From positions 1 to 54,258 of IMG/VR virus record IMGVR_UViG_3300012000_000021: a stretch of 54,258 nt of DNA. One strand, 5' to 3'. Origin of the DNA: a virus. Its lineage: Duplodnaviria; Caudoviricetes. Below, piece after piece: positions 36,494-45,380 of this stretch. Each line of letters begins with the position of its first letter. Within the stretch, counting starts at the first letter, position 1. Under the pieces are notes generated by a model. The model did not search any database. It had not been told where the DNA came from and worked only from the letters and a program-made list of their open reading frames with translations. A program made the translations under genes and the position numbers.

Positions 36494-37153
36494 GTGGAAA
36501 AACAAACTCAAGACCTCACTAAATTTATCAATGCTGGAATAAAAAACTTTCAAGAGGCTAATGAGAAGAAGAGGGCAGCGGCTGCTCCACGCAAGGAACT
36601 AGAGCAAAAACAACGAGAAGAACGTCAACGGGCTGCTTTAATTTGTAAATTAACAAAATTAATCAAAAAATACATACGAGAACAAGAAAAAATACGTTTA
36701 AGTGCTCAACACGGAATAGTAATTGGCGATTACGATCGCTGTCGTAGAAACAATGGAGTGGCTTGTGCGCCTTGCAAGGCTGTTGCTGCTGAGTACGTCC
36801 GTGTCAAATGGGCTAGTGACCCCAAATATAAGGCTAAAGAAAAAGAATACTACAAAAATAACCCTGATAAAAGACATGTAAGCAAAAATAGGAAGCGTGT
36901 AAAGGGCGGAAAACACAGAGCGTACACACGAAATCAGATAATTAAACGAGATGGCTCTGATTGCTACCTATGCGGTGATCCTGTGGACTTCACTGCCCCC
37001 CATATACAAGGGCAACCTGGCTGGGAAACCTATCCACACGTAGAGCATGTAATCCCTTTAGCACTAGGTGGGGACGATACCCTCGAAAACGTCAAGTTAG
37101 CCCATGCAAAATGCAATATTGACAAGGGCCTTAGGCTACTGCCTTCATCCTAA
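36494..37153 (+). CDS. HNH endonuclease
   Basis: RDGSDCYLCG...HVEHVIPLALGGDDTLENVKLAHAKCN, plus an N-terminal HG...Y.RC...C.PC zinc module. TATACT lies 6 nt before the GTG. Confidence 0.9.
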   Translation: MEKQTQDLTKFINAGIKNFQEANEKKRAAAAPRKELEQKQREERQRAALICKLTKLIKKYIREQEKIRLSAQHGIVIGDYDRCRRNNGVACAPCKAVAAEYVRVKWASDPKYKAKEKEYYKNNPDKRHVSKNRKRVKGGKHRAYTRNQIIKRDGSDCYLCGDPVDFTAPHIQGQPGWETYPHVEHVIPLALGGDDTLENVKLAHAKCNIDKGLRLLPSS

Positions 37154-37246
37154 CCTCTCAACCATGGCTGACACTTGGCCGAGTCATGCGTGTAATCGCG
37201 TTAATGGTGGGGTGGTCAATTTATTTTTTACAATGTTTACATCATC

Positions 37247-37523
37247 ACCTGACTACTAATCAGGTGCGATGTTGTTAACACACGCTTTGTTATCAGGTTG
37301 TACCAATGATCTGATGACAATCTTGGTGACGATGCAACGATGCAACTTCGGCTACTGCTATCTGAATCAGGTTGCCTGTGTTCGCACAACCAGCCTGTCA
37401 GTCATCTCTCCCACTTGTTATCAGGTAGCAACTAACTATTCATCATCTGTCATCTCATCTACAGAGTTACTCACCTGTGTTATGTGTATCAGGTAATCGA
37501 TCTCTATTAACAGGTTGTACCAA
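37247..37523. repeat. non-coding array of (AT)CAGGT motifs
   Basis: ATCAGGT at 37259, 37292, 37366, 37420 and 37488; inverted ACCTG at 37247 and 37473; 13-mer CAGGTTGTACCAA at 37294 and 37511. Confidence 0.6.
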
Positions 37524-37616
37524 CTATCAGTACTAGATCACCAACCTAGCAATCAACTGGTGTATCTATCTCTCTCTCATTCTCTCTATCTAATCATCAC
37601 TATCGTTCTTTTACAG

Positions 37617-37641
37617 AAAGGGGGTGCTAACGCCCCCCTTT
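37617..37641. terminator. GC-rich hairpin, probable (bidirectional) terminator
   Basis: AAAGGGGGTG-CTAA-CGCCCCCTTT just downstream of the EndoVII gene. Confidence 0.55.
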
Positions 37642-37670
37642 AAAACCCCCTGTTACTGGAATGGGGCGAA

Positions 37671-38045
37671 CTATTCTTTTTGTTGATCTTGTTCTAAATA
37701 CGCAACGGCTCTTCGCAATACATACGAATCATCTTTTAGCATTCCAATCGCCCTGTTGCAGTTATGACATAACCAGCCACGAACGCGATCTGTATCGTGA
37801 TTGTGATCGATCACTAAATCACGAGTCAGGCTCTCTTCGTGGGCGTTACAAATTGCACATCGATAATCTTGTTTTTCTTTTATCTTCAATAAATCTTGGT
37901 AACTCATTTTGTAAATGCGTGACAATCTTTTCGGTTTCTTTTTGCGGTGTCTGCATGCACGACAAATGTTTCTGACATAGCCATAACCTGTTAATTCAAA
38001 TCGATCTAATGGCTTCTCAGTTTCGCAAGAGTTACAAATCTTCAT
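37671..38045 (-). CDS. endonuclease VII-family (recombination/homing) endonuclease
   Basis: CNSC..K...CRAC, then Q..RCAIC...LVIDHNH.T.RVRGWLCHNCNRAIG.LKD. Confidence 0.9.
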   Translation of the reverse strand: MKICNSCETEKPLDRFELTGYGYVRNICRACRHRKKKPKRLSRIYKMSYQDLLKIKEKQDYRCAICNAHEESLTRDLVIDHNHDTDRVRGWLCHNCNRAIGMLKDDSYVLRRAVAYLEQDQQKE

Positions 38046-38125
38046 CGGACTAATGTAATTGAACTTTCAACTACTCGCTCGGACTTACTTGGCGGAACTA
38101 GCGATCTTGGCAGTTACTTCGGGCT

Positions 38126-38143
38126 ATGTGACCCCGATCACAT
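38126..38143. promoter_or_regulatory. CRP/GlxR-family binding site
   Basis: aTGTGA-CCCCGA-TCACAt is a perfect TGTGA-N6-TCACA in the divergent intergenic region. Confidence 0.6.
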
Positions 38144-38351
38144 CTCACGCTCAAACTGACAAGATCAGCCTCACGCTCAATAGCCCTAATTTGGCTTCTA
38201 TGGGCTCTCTCAGGGCTTTACCCCCAATACTGGAATAAGAACCCTATTCATGGGGCGATCGTGGCTCTGCGCCTGATCTGTGAGGGGCGGTTTTCTGATC
38301 GAAACACGCTTTACCTCTCTTATTAGGGTGTACCAATTTGTCGTACAGGTG

Positions 38352-38360
38352 TGCTTTAAT
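38352..38360 (+). promoter_or_regulatory. possible extended -10 promoter for the large RNA/early operon
   Basis: TG-C-TTTAAT about 6 nt before the first stem-forming segment. Non-canonical hexamer. Confidence 0.35.
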
Positions 38361-38366
38361 TCTCTC

Positions 38367-39045
38367 AGTAGCGCACTCGATGTGTGACCACCGATTTCAG
38401 AATCCTCTAGGGGCAAATTGGTGAATCATTCAAAGTGAAAAAAGCGAATCGTTAAAACTGGTAACAGGCTTTAACAATAATTAAATAATAAATAAACATC
38501 GGTGAACTAACCTGCGAAAGATTTCCCATAGTGGACAGTACTTAGGTGACGATCAATTTATTTATTTATTTTTCATAGTGACTAAGAAACTGCGATTTAT
38601 TTATTCGGAATTAGTTATCACTTAATAACTAGTTACTAAGGCAGACATTGTGCGGTCGGACTATACGATGCAATAACACCGAAATAAATAATCGATTCGA
38701 TCATGCTTGCTACGGCGATGCGAATGTAAAAAAAGTAATTACATTCAAGCGGTATTTCAAGGGCGCGAATTAACGATCACGAAACTGATTGTGAATAGCA
38801 GTAGGGCTTAGGGAATGAAGTGTGGAGATTGTCATTGTAATTAGTGACGGAATGTCTCTACTAGTGAGTGCAGGTGGTAATCAATCCAACCGATTGCACA
38901 TTGAAACTAGTTACAAGAAAAAACAATCAGCACTTCTGCTTATGTGTTAATAGTGATCGATCACCATAAATAGTCAGCGAACTATCTTGGTGATCGATCG
39001 CTATGGATACATAACTCGATGTATTCAATCCACTAGTAACTACAA
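38367..39045 (+). ncRNA. candidate large structured non-coding RNA (~670 nt)
   Basis: Essentially ORF-free and AT-rich, with more than 10 nested or long-range stems. Imperfect pairs in the main stems are G-U on the + strand. Confidence 0.7.
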
Positions 39046-39063
39046 AAGGAAACGGAAAACAAA

Positions 39064-39237
39064 ATGAAACAACAAACATTCATCGATGCAAAGGGCAACA
39101 TCGTTGCTCGCGGTCGTATTACTGAGATCGCTATCGATCTATTACTAAATGACGGAACTCGCTTCTACTCAACTAAATCAGATAACTACACACTCGACTT
39201 CATCAAGAAACTAGACATCGTAAAGGTTGCTAAATAA
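39064..39237 (+). CDS. small early protein
   Basis: MKQQTFIDAKGNIVARGRITEIAIDLLL...KVAK after an AAAGGA RBS. Confidence 0.7.
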   Translation: MKQQTFIDAKGNIVARGRITEIAIDLLLNDGTRFYSTKSDNYTLDFIKKLDIVKVAK

Positions 39238-39534
39238 ATGACAACAACACGAACATCAAACACAAACGCTGGCGATCTAATTGCTAATCGCGTTGCATTC
39301 ACAGGTAACAACCTTTACGGCGTTGTTACTCCTTACGATTCAGTTATCTATACAACAGGGCAATTACCGATTGAGTTTCAAGATCAACTTAAATTAGATC
39401 GACCTGACTTTATTGTGTACTCGTATTCAACACCGATTGCTTGGCATTCTAATAGCGGTTGGTTTATGCCTAATTGCAAATACTCAGTTACAACATCAAA
39501 ACATCAAAACTATGTACGAAGGGCGGTTGCATAA
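39238..39534 (+). CDS. conserved phage early protein
   Basis: IVYSYSTPIAWH...YSVTTSKHQ motif, common in phage early genes. Confidence 0.8.
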   Translation: MTTTRTSNTNAGDLIANRVAFTGNNLYGVVTPYDSVIYTTGQLPIEFQDQLKLDRPDFIVYSYSTPIAWHSNSGWFMPNCKYSVTTSKHQNYVRRAVA

Positions 39535-39535
39535 C

Positions 39536-39817
39536 ATGGGTCGACTACACGCAGAGGAATTAGCAAGCGGTGAGTTTGTTATTGATCTCGAACAACAATT
39601 AGCAATTCACTTCTCTAGTAATTGCTATCCACCAATTCCGCACTTCATGATCGCGGTTGCTCAGGAAGCAATCAAGGCGGTTAACGCCGAGCAATACGAT
39701 CTCGAAATTGAATTACCTGCTGGTGTGCAATTTCGTAACTCAACAACTGTTACTGCGATCAACGCGGTTGACGGATTATTCCTAAATGCGTGGATAGATA
39801 GAGATGAGGATTACTAA
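39536..39817 (+). CDS. hypothetical early protein
   Basis: Start MGRLHAEE at 39536; LAIHFSSNCYPPIP motif. Confidence 0.75.
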   Translation: MGRLHAEELASGEFVIDLEQQLAIHFSSNCYPPIPHFMIAVAQEAIKAVNAEQYDLEIELPAGVQFRNSTTVTAINAVDGLFLNAWIDRDEDY

Positions 39818-39912
39818 ATGACGATCTTTATTATTGCGATCATCGCTGGCGTTATTGGCGTACTGATTGAAAACTTATTTCACGAACTCTCACAAAAAAA
39901 TCGGGGTATCTA

Positions 39913-40179
39913 GTGAGCCAATTCAATCTCGATGAACTCGGATTACTTCACACAATGGTTGAAGTGTCACTCGACAACGCACTAGAGAATGGCGCACCAC
40001 CACAGATCGTTGCGGTGCTTCAATCTGTACTACCAAAGATTGAATCTCGTATTGAAGAAGAGTGCAACATCTTCAATGAGTTTCAAAAACTAACTACACA
40101 ACTCGATGATCTGCACCTTGCATCACAGATCATTGTGCAGAACCCTGATGCAGTTACAACCGACTACCAAACAAACTAA
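39913..40179 (+). CDS. hypothetical early protein
   Basis: 88 aa, helical. Confidence 0.65.
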   Translation: MSQFNLDELGLLHTMVEVSLDNALENGAPPQIVAVLQSVLPKIESRIEEECNIFNEFQKLTTQLDDLHLASQIIVQNPDAVTTDYQTN

Positions 40180-40203
40180 TCACCTAGAGAAAACGGAAAC
40201 CAA

Positions 40204-41085
40204 ATGACTACAGAAAACAAATCCCTATTCATTCCTACATTGGAAAAGACATCGCACTACATACCACGCACCTTTACTGGTGGCGTTACAGAAGATGCCA
40301 TGTACGACTTCGCACTTGCTCACAACATGAACATCTTGATTGAGGGCGATGCTGGAACTGGTAAAACAACTTCGGCACTTGCTTACGCATCAAAGCGACA
40401 CATGAACTTCTTCGCTGTTCCATGTAACTCAGCGATCGACTTCACTCAGTTAATCGGTGGCTTGTTCCCTGATGCTGACGGCAAACTAAAGTGGGTTGAC
40501 GGCGCGATCACAAAGATCGTTCGTGAGGGTGGCTTGCTACTTATCAACGAACTCAACAACGCACCTAAGAACCTGTCTCAGTACCTCATGTCACTACTCG
40601 ATGATCGCCGTTCAATTACCCTCATGTCACATGACAACGAAGTGATTACGGCTCACCCTGATCTTCTAGTGGTTGCAGATCAGAATCCAAACTATCGTGG
40701 AACTCAATTACTAAATGAGGCGTGGAAAGATCGCTTCGAAATTAAATTGCGCTTCGATTACGACAACACCATTGAGAAGAAGATCATCACATCTTCATCT
40801 CTACTGGAACTCGCAAACGGAATGCGATCAACATCTCGCAGAGACGATCACGCATCAGATCGTGGAACTATCTTCGAGACACCTGTATCACCACGCATTC
40901 TAAAAACATTCGAGAAGTTAGCAAAGGGCTTGTCATTCGATTTCGCTTGCGATGTATTCGTAAACAATTTCACAGATGAAGAGCGACCTGCGGTCAAGAT
41001 GCTTCTAGAAGGTACTTCATACAACATTCGAGAAGAACTCGGACTCGATGTTGATGCGATCACAACTGAACACGATCAGGCTTAA
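40204..41085 (+). CDS. MoxR/CbbQ/CobS-family AAA+ ATPase
   Basis: GDAGTGKTT, WVDG.I, LLINELN (Walker B variant), NPNYRGTQLLNEAWKDRF and SPR sensor II. Confidence 0.9.
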   Translation: MTTENKSLFIPTLEKTSHYIPRTFTGGVTEDAMYDFALAHNMNILIEGDAGTGKTTSALAYASKRHMNFFAVPCNSAIDFTQLIGGLFPDADGKLKWVDGAITKIVREGGLLLINELNNAPKNLSQYLMSLLDDRRSITLMSHDNEVITAHPDLLVVADQNPNYRGTQLLNEAWKDRFEIKLRFDYDNTIEKKIITSSSLLELANGMRSTSRRDDHASDRGTIFETPVSPRILKTFEKLAKGLSFDFACDVFVNNFTDEERPAVKMLLEGTSYNIREELGLDVDAITTEHDQA

Positions 41086-41087
41086 CA

Positions 41088-43088
41088 ATGTGTGCCTGTG
41101 GTAAATGTCCGTCATGCAAACAATGGGGAGTAACAATGAACTATGACGAAGCAATCGAAGAGTGGGAACTCGACATTCTTGGTGAGACTCGTGAGTCACT
41201 ACGATCACAAGCGATCAAGGCAGAAGAGAAGAAACAACGACTAGAGCGATTCACACAATTCTTCGGTCGTGTTAATTCTGCATTCACTTTCCGCAAAGTG
41301 ATTGTGACTGTTGAGAACTCTCCTATGGAAGCACCTGCTTGGTCAGGTGCATCAACTGTCACTTTCAACTCTCGTGTCATTGGTGATCTCAATGATGCTA
41401 AATCAATCGCTGGTATCAAGGGGCTTGATCTTCACGAGATCAGTCACATTCTTTATACATCTCGTGAAGGATCAGAAATCTTTGATTATGTACGAGATAA
41501 CAATTACTTCATGGCATACAACGCACTTGAAGATCAGAGAATCGAAACTCTCTTTACATCAAAGTATCCGTCAACGATCGACTGGTTTACCGCCACGATC
41601 TTGATTCACTTCGTTGATAACAAAGAGGCTTTCACTAACTCTTATCCGCTATTGCGTGGTCGTAGATACCTGCCTGTTGATCTAAGAGCGCAATCTCGTA
41701 ACGCCTATCCTGAACAAGATCAGATCGATGAAATCTGTGCAGTAGTCGATGAGTACCGCACTCTTCTATTCCCTGCTGATACTGAAAAAGGAAAGGAACT
41801 TATTGCGCGATTTAATGAGTTACTTCCAAAAGGTAATGGCAACGGCTCAGGTAATGGCGAAGGTGGGTCTGTGCGACCTGCTGAGGCTGGTGAAGAGGGC
41901 GATGTAGTCATTCGTATCAATGACCCATTCGGTCATGGCAAGCGACCTTCTGAGGGCTTGGAATCGTCTGCTAATTCACGACCTGTTCCACCAAAGAAAC
42001 AAGAGAAAGATCGTGATCGCTCACAACAACTCGACAAAGAAGATGATGCAGAACTGGCTGAGCAACTGAAATCAAAACCTGTTATCGATGTTGACATCAA
42101 CGACATTGATTTTGATTTTGATTTCGATGATGCAGATTCAGATTCAGATCAGGATTCAGATCAAGATTCTGATTCACATCAACCTTCTGATTCTGCTGGT
42201 TCTTCTGCTGGCGAATTAATCGACACATTGATTGGTGATCTATTAGAAAACATTCTTGATTCTAATGAAACCGAAATCAATGACATCTTGCGACAGATTG
42301 GTGGTTTACCTTCTCTTACTACCAACAATTCAAAAGAGCCTGAGTTAGATTCATTTCATGATCTTGCCCCTGATGCAAATACATTTCAAGCATCGTTGTC
42401 ATTCGGTCGTGAGTTAGAGCGATTGAGATCATCGTTCGACCCTGCATGGGATAGATACGAGTCACAAGGTCGCTTGTCTGCACATCGCTACTTGCGTGGT
42501 GATGAACTCGATACTGTATTCGATCAATGGAATGAAGGTCGTGAAGATGCGACTGAGATCGAATGCGTGATCTTGTTAGACAACTCAGGTTCAATGTCAG
42601 GACACAAAGCCTCTAGTGCGTACAAAGCCATGTACGCGATTAAGAAGGCACTTGATCGTGTTAACGCAAATACAACTGTTATCACTTTCAATGATCGTGC
42701 TAACACCCTGTATCGTGCAACTGATCGCGTTGGTAACACAATTCGTGATGCTGGTACTGGTGGTGGAACAAATGCTGACGGCGCAATTAAGTACGCAACT
42801 AAACTGCTTGCCGAAACTGAGAAGCCTGTTCGTATCTTCTTCGCAATTACTGACGGAGAATGGTCGGGCGATCAGAAAGACAATCACGAAACAATCAAGC
42901 GCATGGCTCGTGCTGGTGTGCTTACTGCATTCGCGTACATTCCTGAAAGTACTGAACCTGTAGAACTAAATGCACAGAAGTCTCACTATTGCGAGATCGC
43001 TTCTGTTGTTCGTAATCCATTCGATCTTGTTTACATGGCGAAATCAATCGTGAAGTACGCGATCTCTCGCCGTCTCGTAAGCAACTAA
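41088..43088 (+). CDS. CobT-like partner: HExxH metallopeptidase-like N-domain, acidic linker and VWA domain
   Basis: LHEISH...NALEDQRIE; MIDAS DNSGSM, GGT and ITDG. Alternative start at 41136 after GGGGAG. Confidence 0.88.
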   Translation: MCACGKCPSCKQWGVTMNYDEAIEEWELDILGETRESLRSQAIKAEEKKQRLERFTQFFGRVNSAFTFRKVIVTVENSPMEAPAWSGASTVTFNSRVIGDLNDAKSIAGIKGLDLHEISHILYTSREGSEIFDYVRDNNYFMAYNALEDQRIETLFTSKYPSTIDWFTATILIHFVDNKEAFTNSYPLLRGRRYLPVDLRAQSRNAYPEQDQIDEICAVVDEYRTLLFPADTEKGKELIARFNELLPKGNGNGSGNGEGGSVRPAEAGEEGDVVIRINDPFGHGKRPSEGLESSANSRPVPPKKQEKDRDRSQQLDKEDDAELAEQLKSKPVIDVDINDIDFDFDFDDADSDSDQDSDQDSDSHQPSDSAGSSAGELIDTLIGDLLENILDSNETEINDILRQIGGLPSLTTNNSKEPELDSFHDLAPDANTFQASLSFGRELERLRSSFDPAWDRYESQGRLSAHRYLRGDELDTVFDQWNEGREDATEIECVILLDNSGSMSGHKASSAYKAMYAIKKALDRVNANTTVITFNDRANTLYRATDRVGNTIRDAGTGGGTNADGAIKYATKLLAETEKPVRIFFAITDGEWSGDQKDNHETIKRMARAGVLTAFAYIPESTEPVELNAQKSHYCEIASVVRNPFDLVYMAKSIVKYAISRRLVSN

Positions 43089-43090
43089 CT

Positions 43091-43186
43091 GTCACTCTCT
43101 AGGTGACTACATGAGATGCGCTATTCGTGGAAGGCTGGCGCAGATCATAAGTGAGTGGGGCTTGTTTTTGGCTTGCCCCACTCACT
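43091..43186 (+). other. intergenic triple hairpin
   Basis: GTCAC/GTGAC, TGCGC/GCGCA and a 12-bp AGTGAGTGGGGC/GCCCCACTCACT stem. Confidence 0.55.
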
Positions 43187-43219
43187 ACCCAAACAATTAC
43201 AACTAAGGAGAATAAAGTA

Positions 43220-43837
43220 ATGAAATCAGCAGACCTACAAATCGGTATTAAGTACGGCGTTATTCCTTCATGGGATTACTCATCACAAGATAAGAAAGAC
43301 CCTGCAAAGGTGCAACGCAGAGCCGTTGCTAACGCAGAGTTAGTCTCACTAGAGAAGTACGAATACAAGGTGTATCGATCAGATAATCCTGATGATGCAC
43401 AATTTACTTCTGCACCAAAGGGAAGTAGATCAGTCGGTTACATCGTCAAATCTTCTGACTGGGCTGGTAACACACAGGGTGACATCTACTGGATAGCGAG
43501 AGCGCAGGACATCGTTGCTGAGTATGCAACTCTTGAAACTCGTTGGACTAAAGAAGAAGCCGAAGAGAAGGCTCGTGAGGCTCAATGGAAGGCAGAACGC
43601 GAAGCCAAAGAACAACAAGAGAAGATTGAACAGGCAAACGCTCAACGATCTATTGATGCGGTCAAAGAATCTCTTCGATCAATCATCGGTTCTCGTGCAG
43701 ACAAACTTGATTTCGAGATTCGTAATCGCCGTCAAGAAAACGGAGATTACAAACTAAGCGGTGCTTGCACTATCGATGTACGCACTCTTCAATCACTAAT
43801 CGAGAAGGTTCTCGAAGCAAGAGACATGGTGGCATAA
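43220..43837 (+). CDS. hypothetical early protein
   Basis: Start ATG 43220 (MKSADLQIG) after AAGGAG. Confidence 0.75.
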   Translation: MKSADLQIGIKYGVIPSWDYSSQDKKDPAKVQRRAVANAELVSLEKYEYKVYRSDNPDDAQFTSAPKGSRSVGYIVKSSDWAGNTQGDIYWIARAQDIVAEYATLETRWTKEEAEEKAREAQWKAEREAKEQQEKIEQANAQRSIDAVKESLRSIIGSRADKLDFEIRNRRQENGDYKLSGACTIDVRTLQSLIEKVLEARDMVA

Positions 43838-44542
43838 ATGAGTTACTTCTTAGATCGATTCGTAGCGATTCAAGATAAGTACTACAAGAACTATCAAGGC
43901 AATACGCATCACTCAACATGGTTGCGTAACAAGCGGTTCGATCACATGATTGAACTAAAACAATTACCGAATACCTATCAAGAAATTGAATACAAGGGGC
44001 ATTCAATCATTGTGCAGGGCATTCACTATCAATGGTGCGACATTTTCGATGTAAATGGGAATCACTTCTCTTCTGTACCACGAACATCAGAGATTAAATC
44101 TCGTGGTGATCTGCAATTCAGTACGATCTTTCTTGCATGGGCTTGGCGTATTGACGGACAACACACAGATAAGCCATTGAACTGGAATAGTGAACACGCA
44201 GTTATCTGTGGCAGTCATTCAACAGACAAGATCGAGAAAACGATCAAACTCGCAAAGAAGCGCATCGATCTTGAAGCAAAGATCGTTGCGGTTCAAGATC
44301 AACTGATCGCTATTGCTGGTGAGCGCATGGTGTACTCAACAAACATGAGTGCATACAACCCATACAACGCCGTAATTAACGATCAGGTGTTTATTCAGGG
44401 GTTTGGTCGGTTGCGTAAGGGCATCATCGTTGAGACAACTGGATCACGATTCGTTGTTGCTTATGTAACTCCCTCTAATCATCATGATCTGAAATACAAG
44501 ACACTTCCACTTAGTCGCTTATACATAAAGGAGAATGCGTGA
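43838..44542 (+). CDS. hypothetical early protein
   Basis: 234 aa with an SH3-like C-terminus. Confidence 0.75.
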   Translation: MSYFLDRFVAIQDKYYKNYQGNTHHSTWLRNKRFDHMIELKQLPNTYQEIEYKGHSIIVQGIHYQWCDIFDVNGNHFSSVPRTSEIKSRGDLQFSTIFLAWAWRIDGQHTDKPLNWNSEHAVICGSHSTDKIEKTIKLAKKRIDLEAKIVAVQDQLIAIAGERMVYSTNMSAYNPYNAVINDQVFIQGFGRLRKGIIVETTGSRFVVAYVTPSNHHDLKYKTLPLSRLYIKENA

Positions 44543-45015
44543 CAACTAAAAGCCGAAAGTCTGCTAAAACTATTGAGCGAGAAAACTTTCTTGCTATTGG
44601 TATTAAGGCGTGCAATCGGTGTGACAACCTGTACGAACTAAGTAACTTTCGATCTGCAAAAACTAAATCGGGAGTAGTTTCGTATTGCATTCCTTGTGAA
44701 GATGCGTACAAAGTAGAGTGGCACTTGAAGCGCAGGATTCAGATCAAGGAATGGATTTACAATCACCTAAAATCTAATCCTTGCGTTGATTGTGGCGAGA
44801 AAGATGTACTCGCACTCGACTTCGACCATGTAAGAGGCGCACGAAAGCGTTACAACATCGCTCATGCGTTCATGCTAAGTAACATGACGATCAAGCGATT
44901 ACAAACTGAGATCGCAAAGTGCGATGTCCGTTGCGGTAAGTGCCACAGAATCCGTACACACATGGCTAGTAAGTCATGGAAATACCGAATGGCTATTGAG
45001 AAAGGAGATGCTTAA
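44539..45015 (+). CDS. HNH endonuclease-like protein
   Basis: CVDCGEKD..ALDFDHV.G...EIAKCDVRCGKCHRIRT. Confidence 0.85.
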   Translation: MTTKSRKSAKTIERENFLAIGIKACNRCDNLYELSNFRSAKTKSGVVSYCIPCEDAYKVEWHLKRRIQIKEWIYNHLKSNPCVDCGEKDVLALDFDHVRGARKRYNIAHAFMLSNMTIKRLQTEIAKCDVRCGKCHRIRTHMASKSWKYRMAIEKGDA

Positions 45016-45182
45016 TTGTTAACAGTAAGAGGCTGGATTGTTCTTGTAATTATTCCTGCATTGATCTTGGTATCGCTATTTACTTATGTAACTCGTGATG
45101 TCTGCTATGTGGGCGAAGGCGGTAACTGGTTGGGCTATGGCTCATGCACAAAGATGATCGATGAAGTGACAGGAGAAAACAA

Positions 45183-45380
45183 ATGATTGATTCAGAACTT
45201 GAAACTCTACTTGCTGATGTTGTTCGATCTAAATGGGGCGATAGAGGTATTGAGTATCTTGTTGGTGCGATCTCTAGCATCACAACTGCTGACCAACTAA
45301 CTGCACTAATCAATGCAAATCTTGATTCTCGTGTAGTTAGAACTTCACCTGACGGCTCACTATTCTTGGGAGATAACTAA
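45183..45380 (+). CDS. hypothetical early protein
   Basis: AGGAG RBS, 65 aa. Confidence 0.65.
   Translation: MIDSELETLLADVVRSKWGDRGIEYLVGAISSITTADQLTALINANLDSRVVRTSPDGSLFLGDN

Noticed and set aside
37269-38416. ORFs 37269-37496, 37661-37975 and 38210-38416
   Set aside because: No RBS, atypical composition, and they are antisense to EndoVII or lie over the motif array and promoter region.
36494-39045. HNH/EndoVII plus the large RNA as an OMEGA/HEARO RNA-guided nuclease or a group I intron
   Set aside because: Neither nuclease shows PLMP or RuvC motifs, EndoVII is on the opposite strand, no interrupted host gene flanks the RNA, and no group I core was recognised. A covariance-model search is needed to exclude this formally.
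38367-39045. tRNA, tmRNA or RNase P identity for the structured regions
   Set aside because: No cloverleaf with GTTCRA T-loop and CCA end, tmRNA termini or RNase P conserved motifs were found by eye here or in other intergenic gaps.
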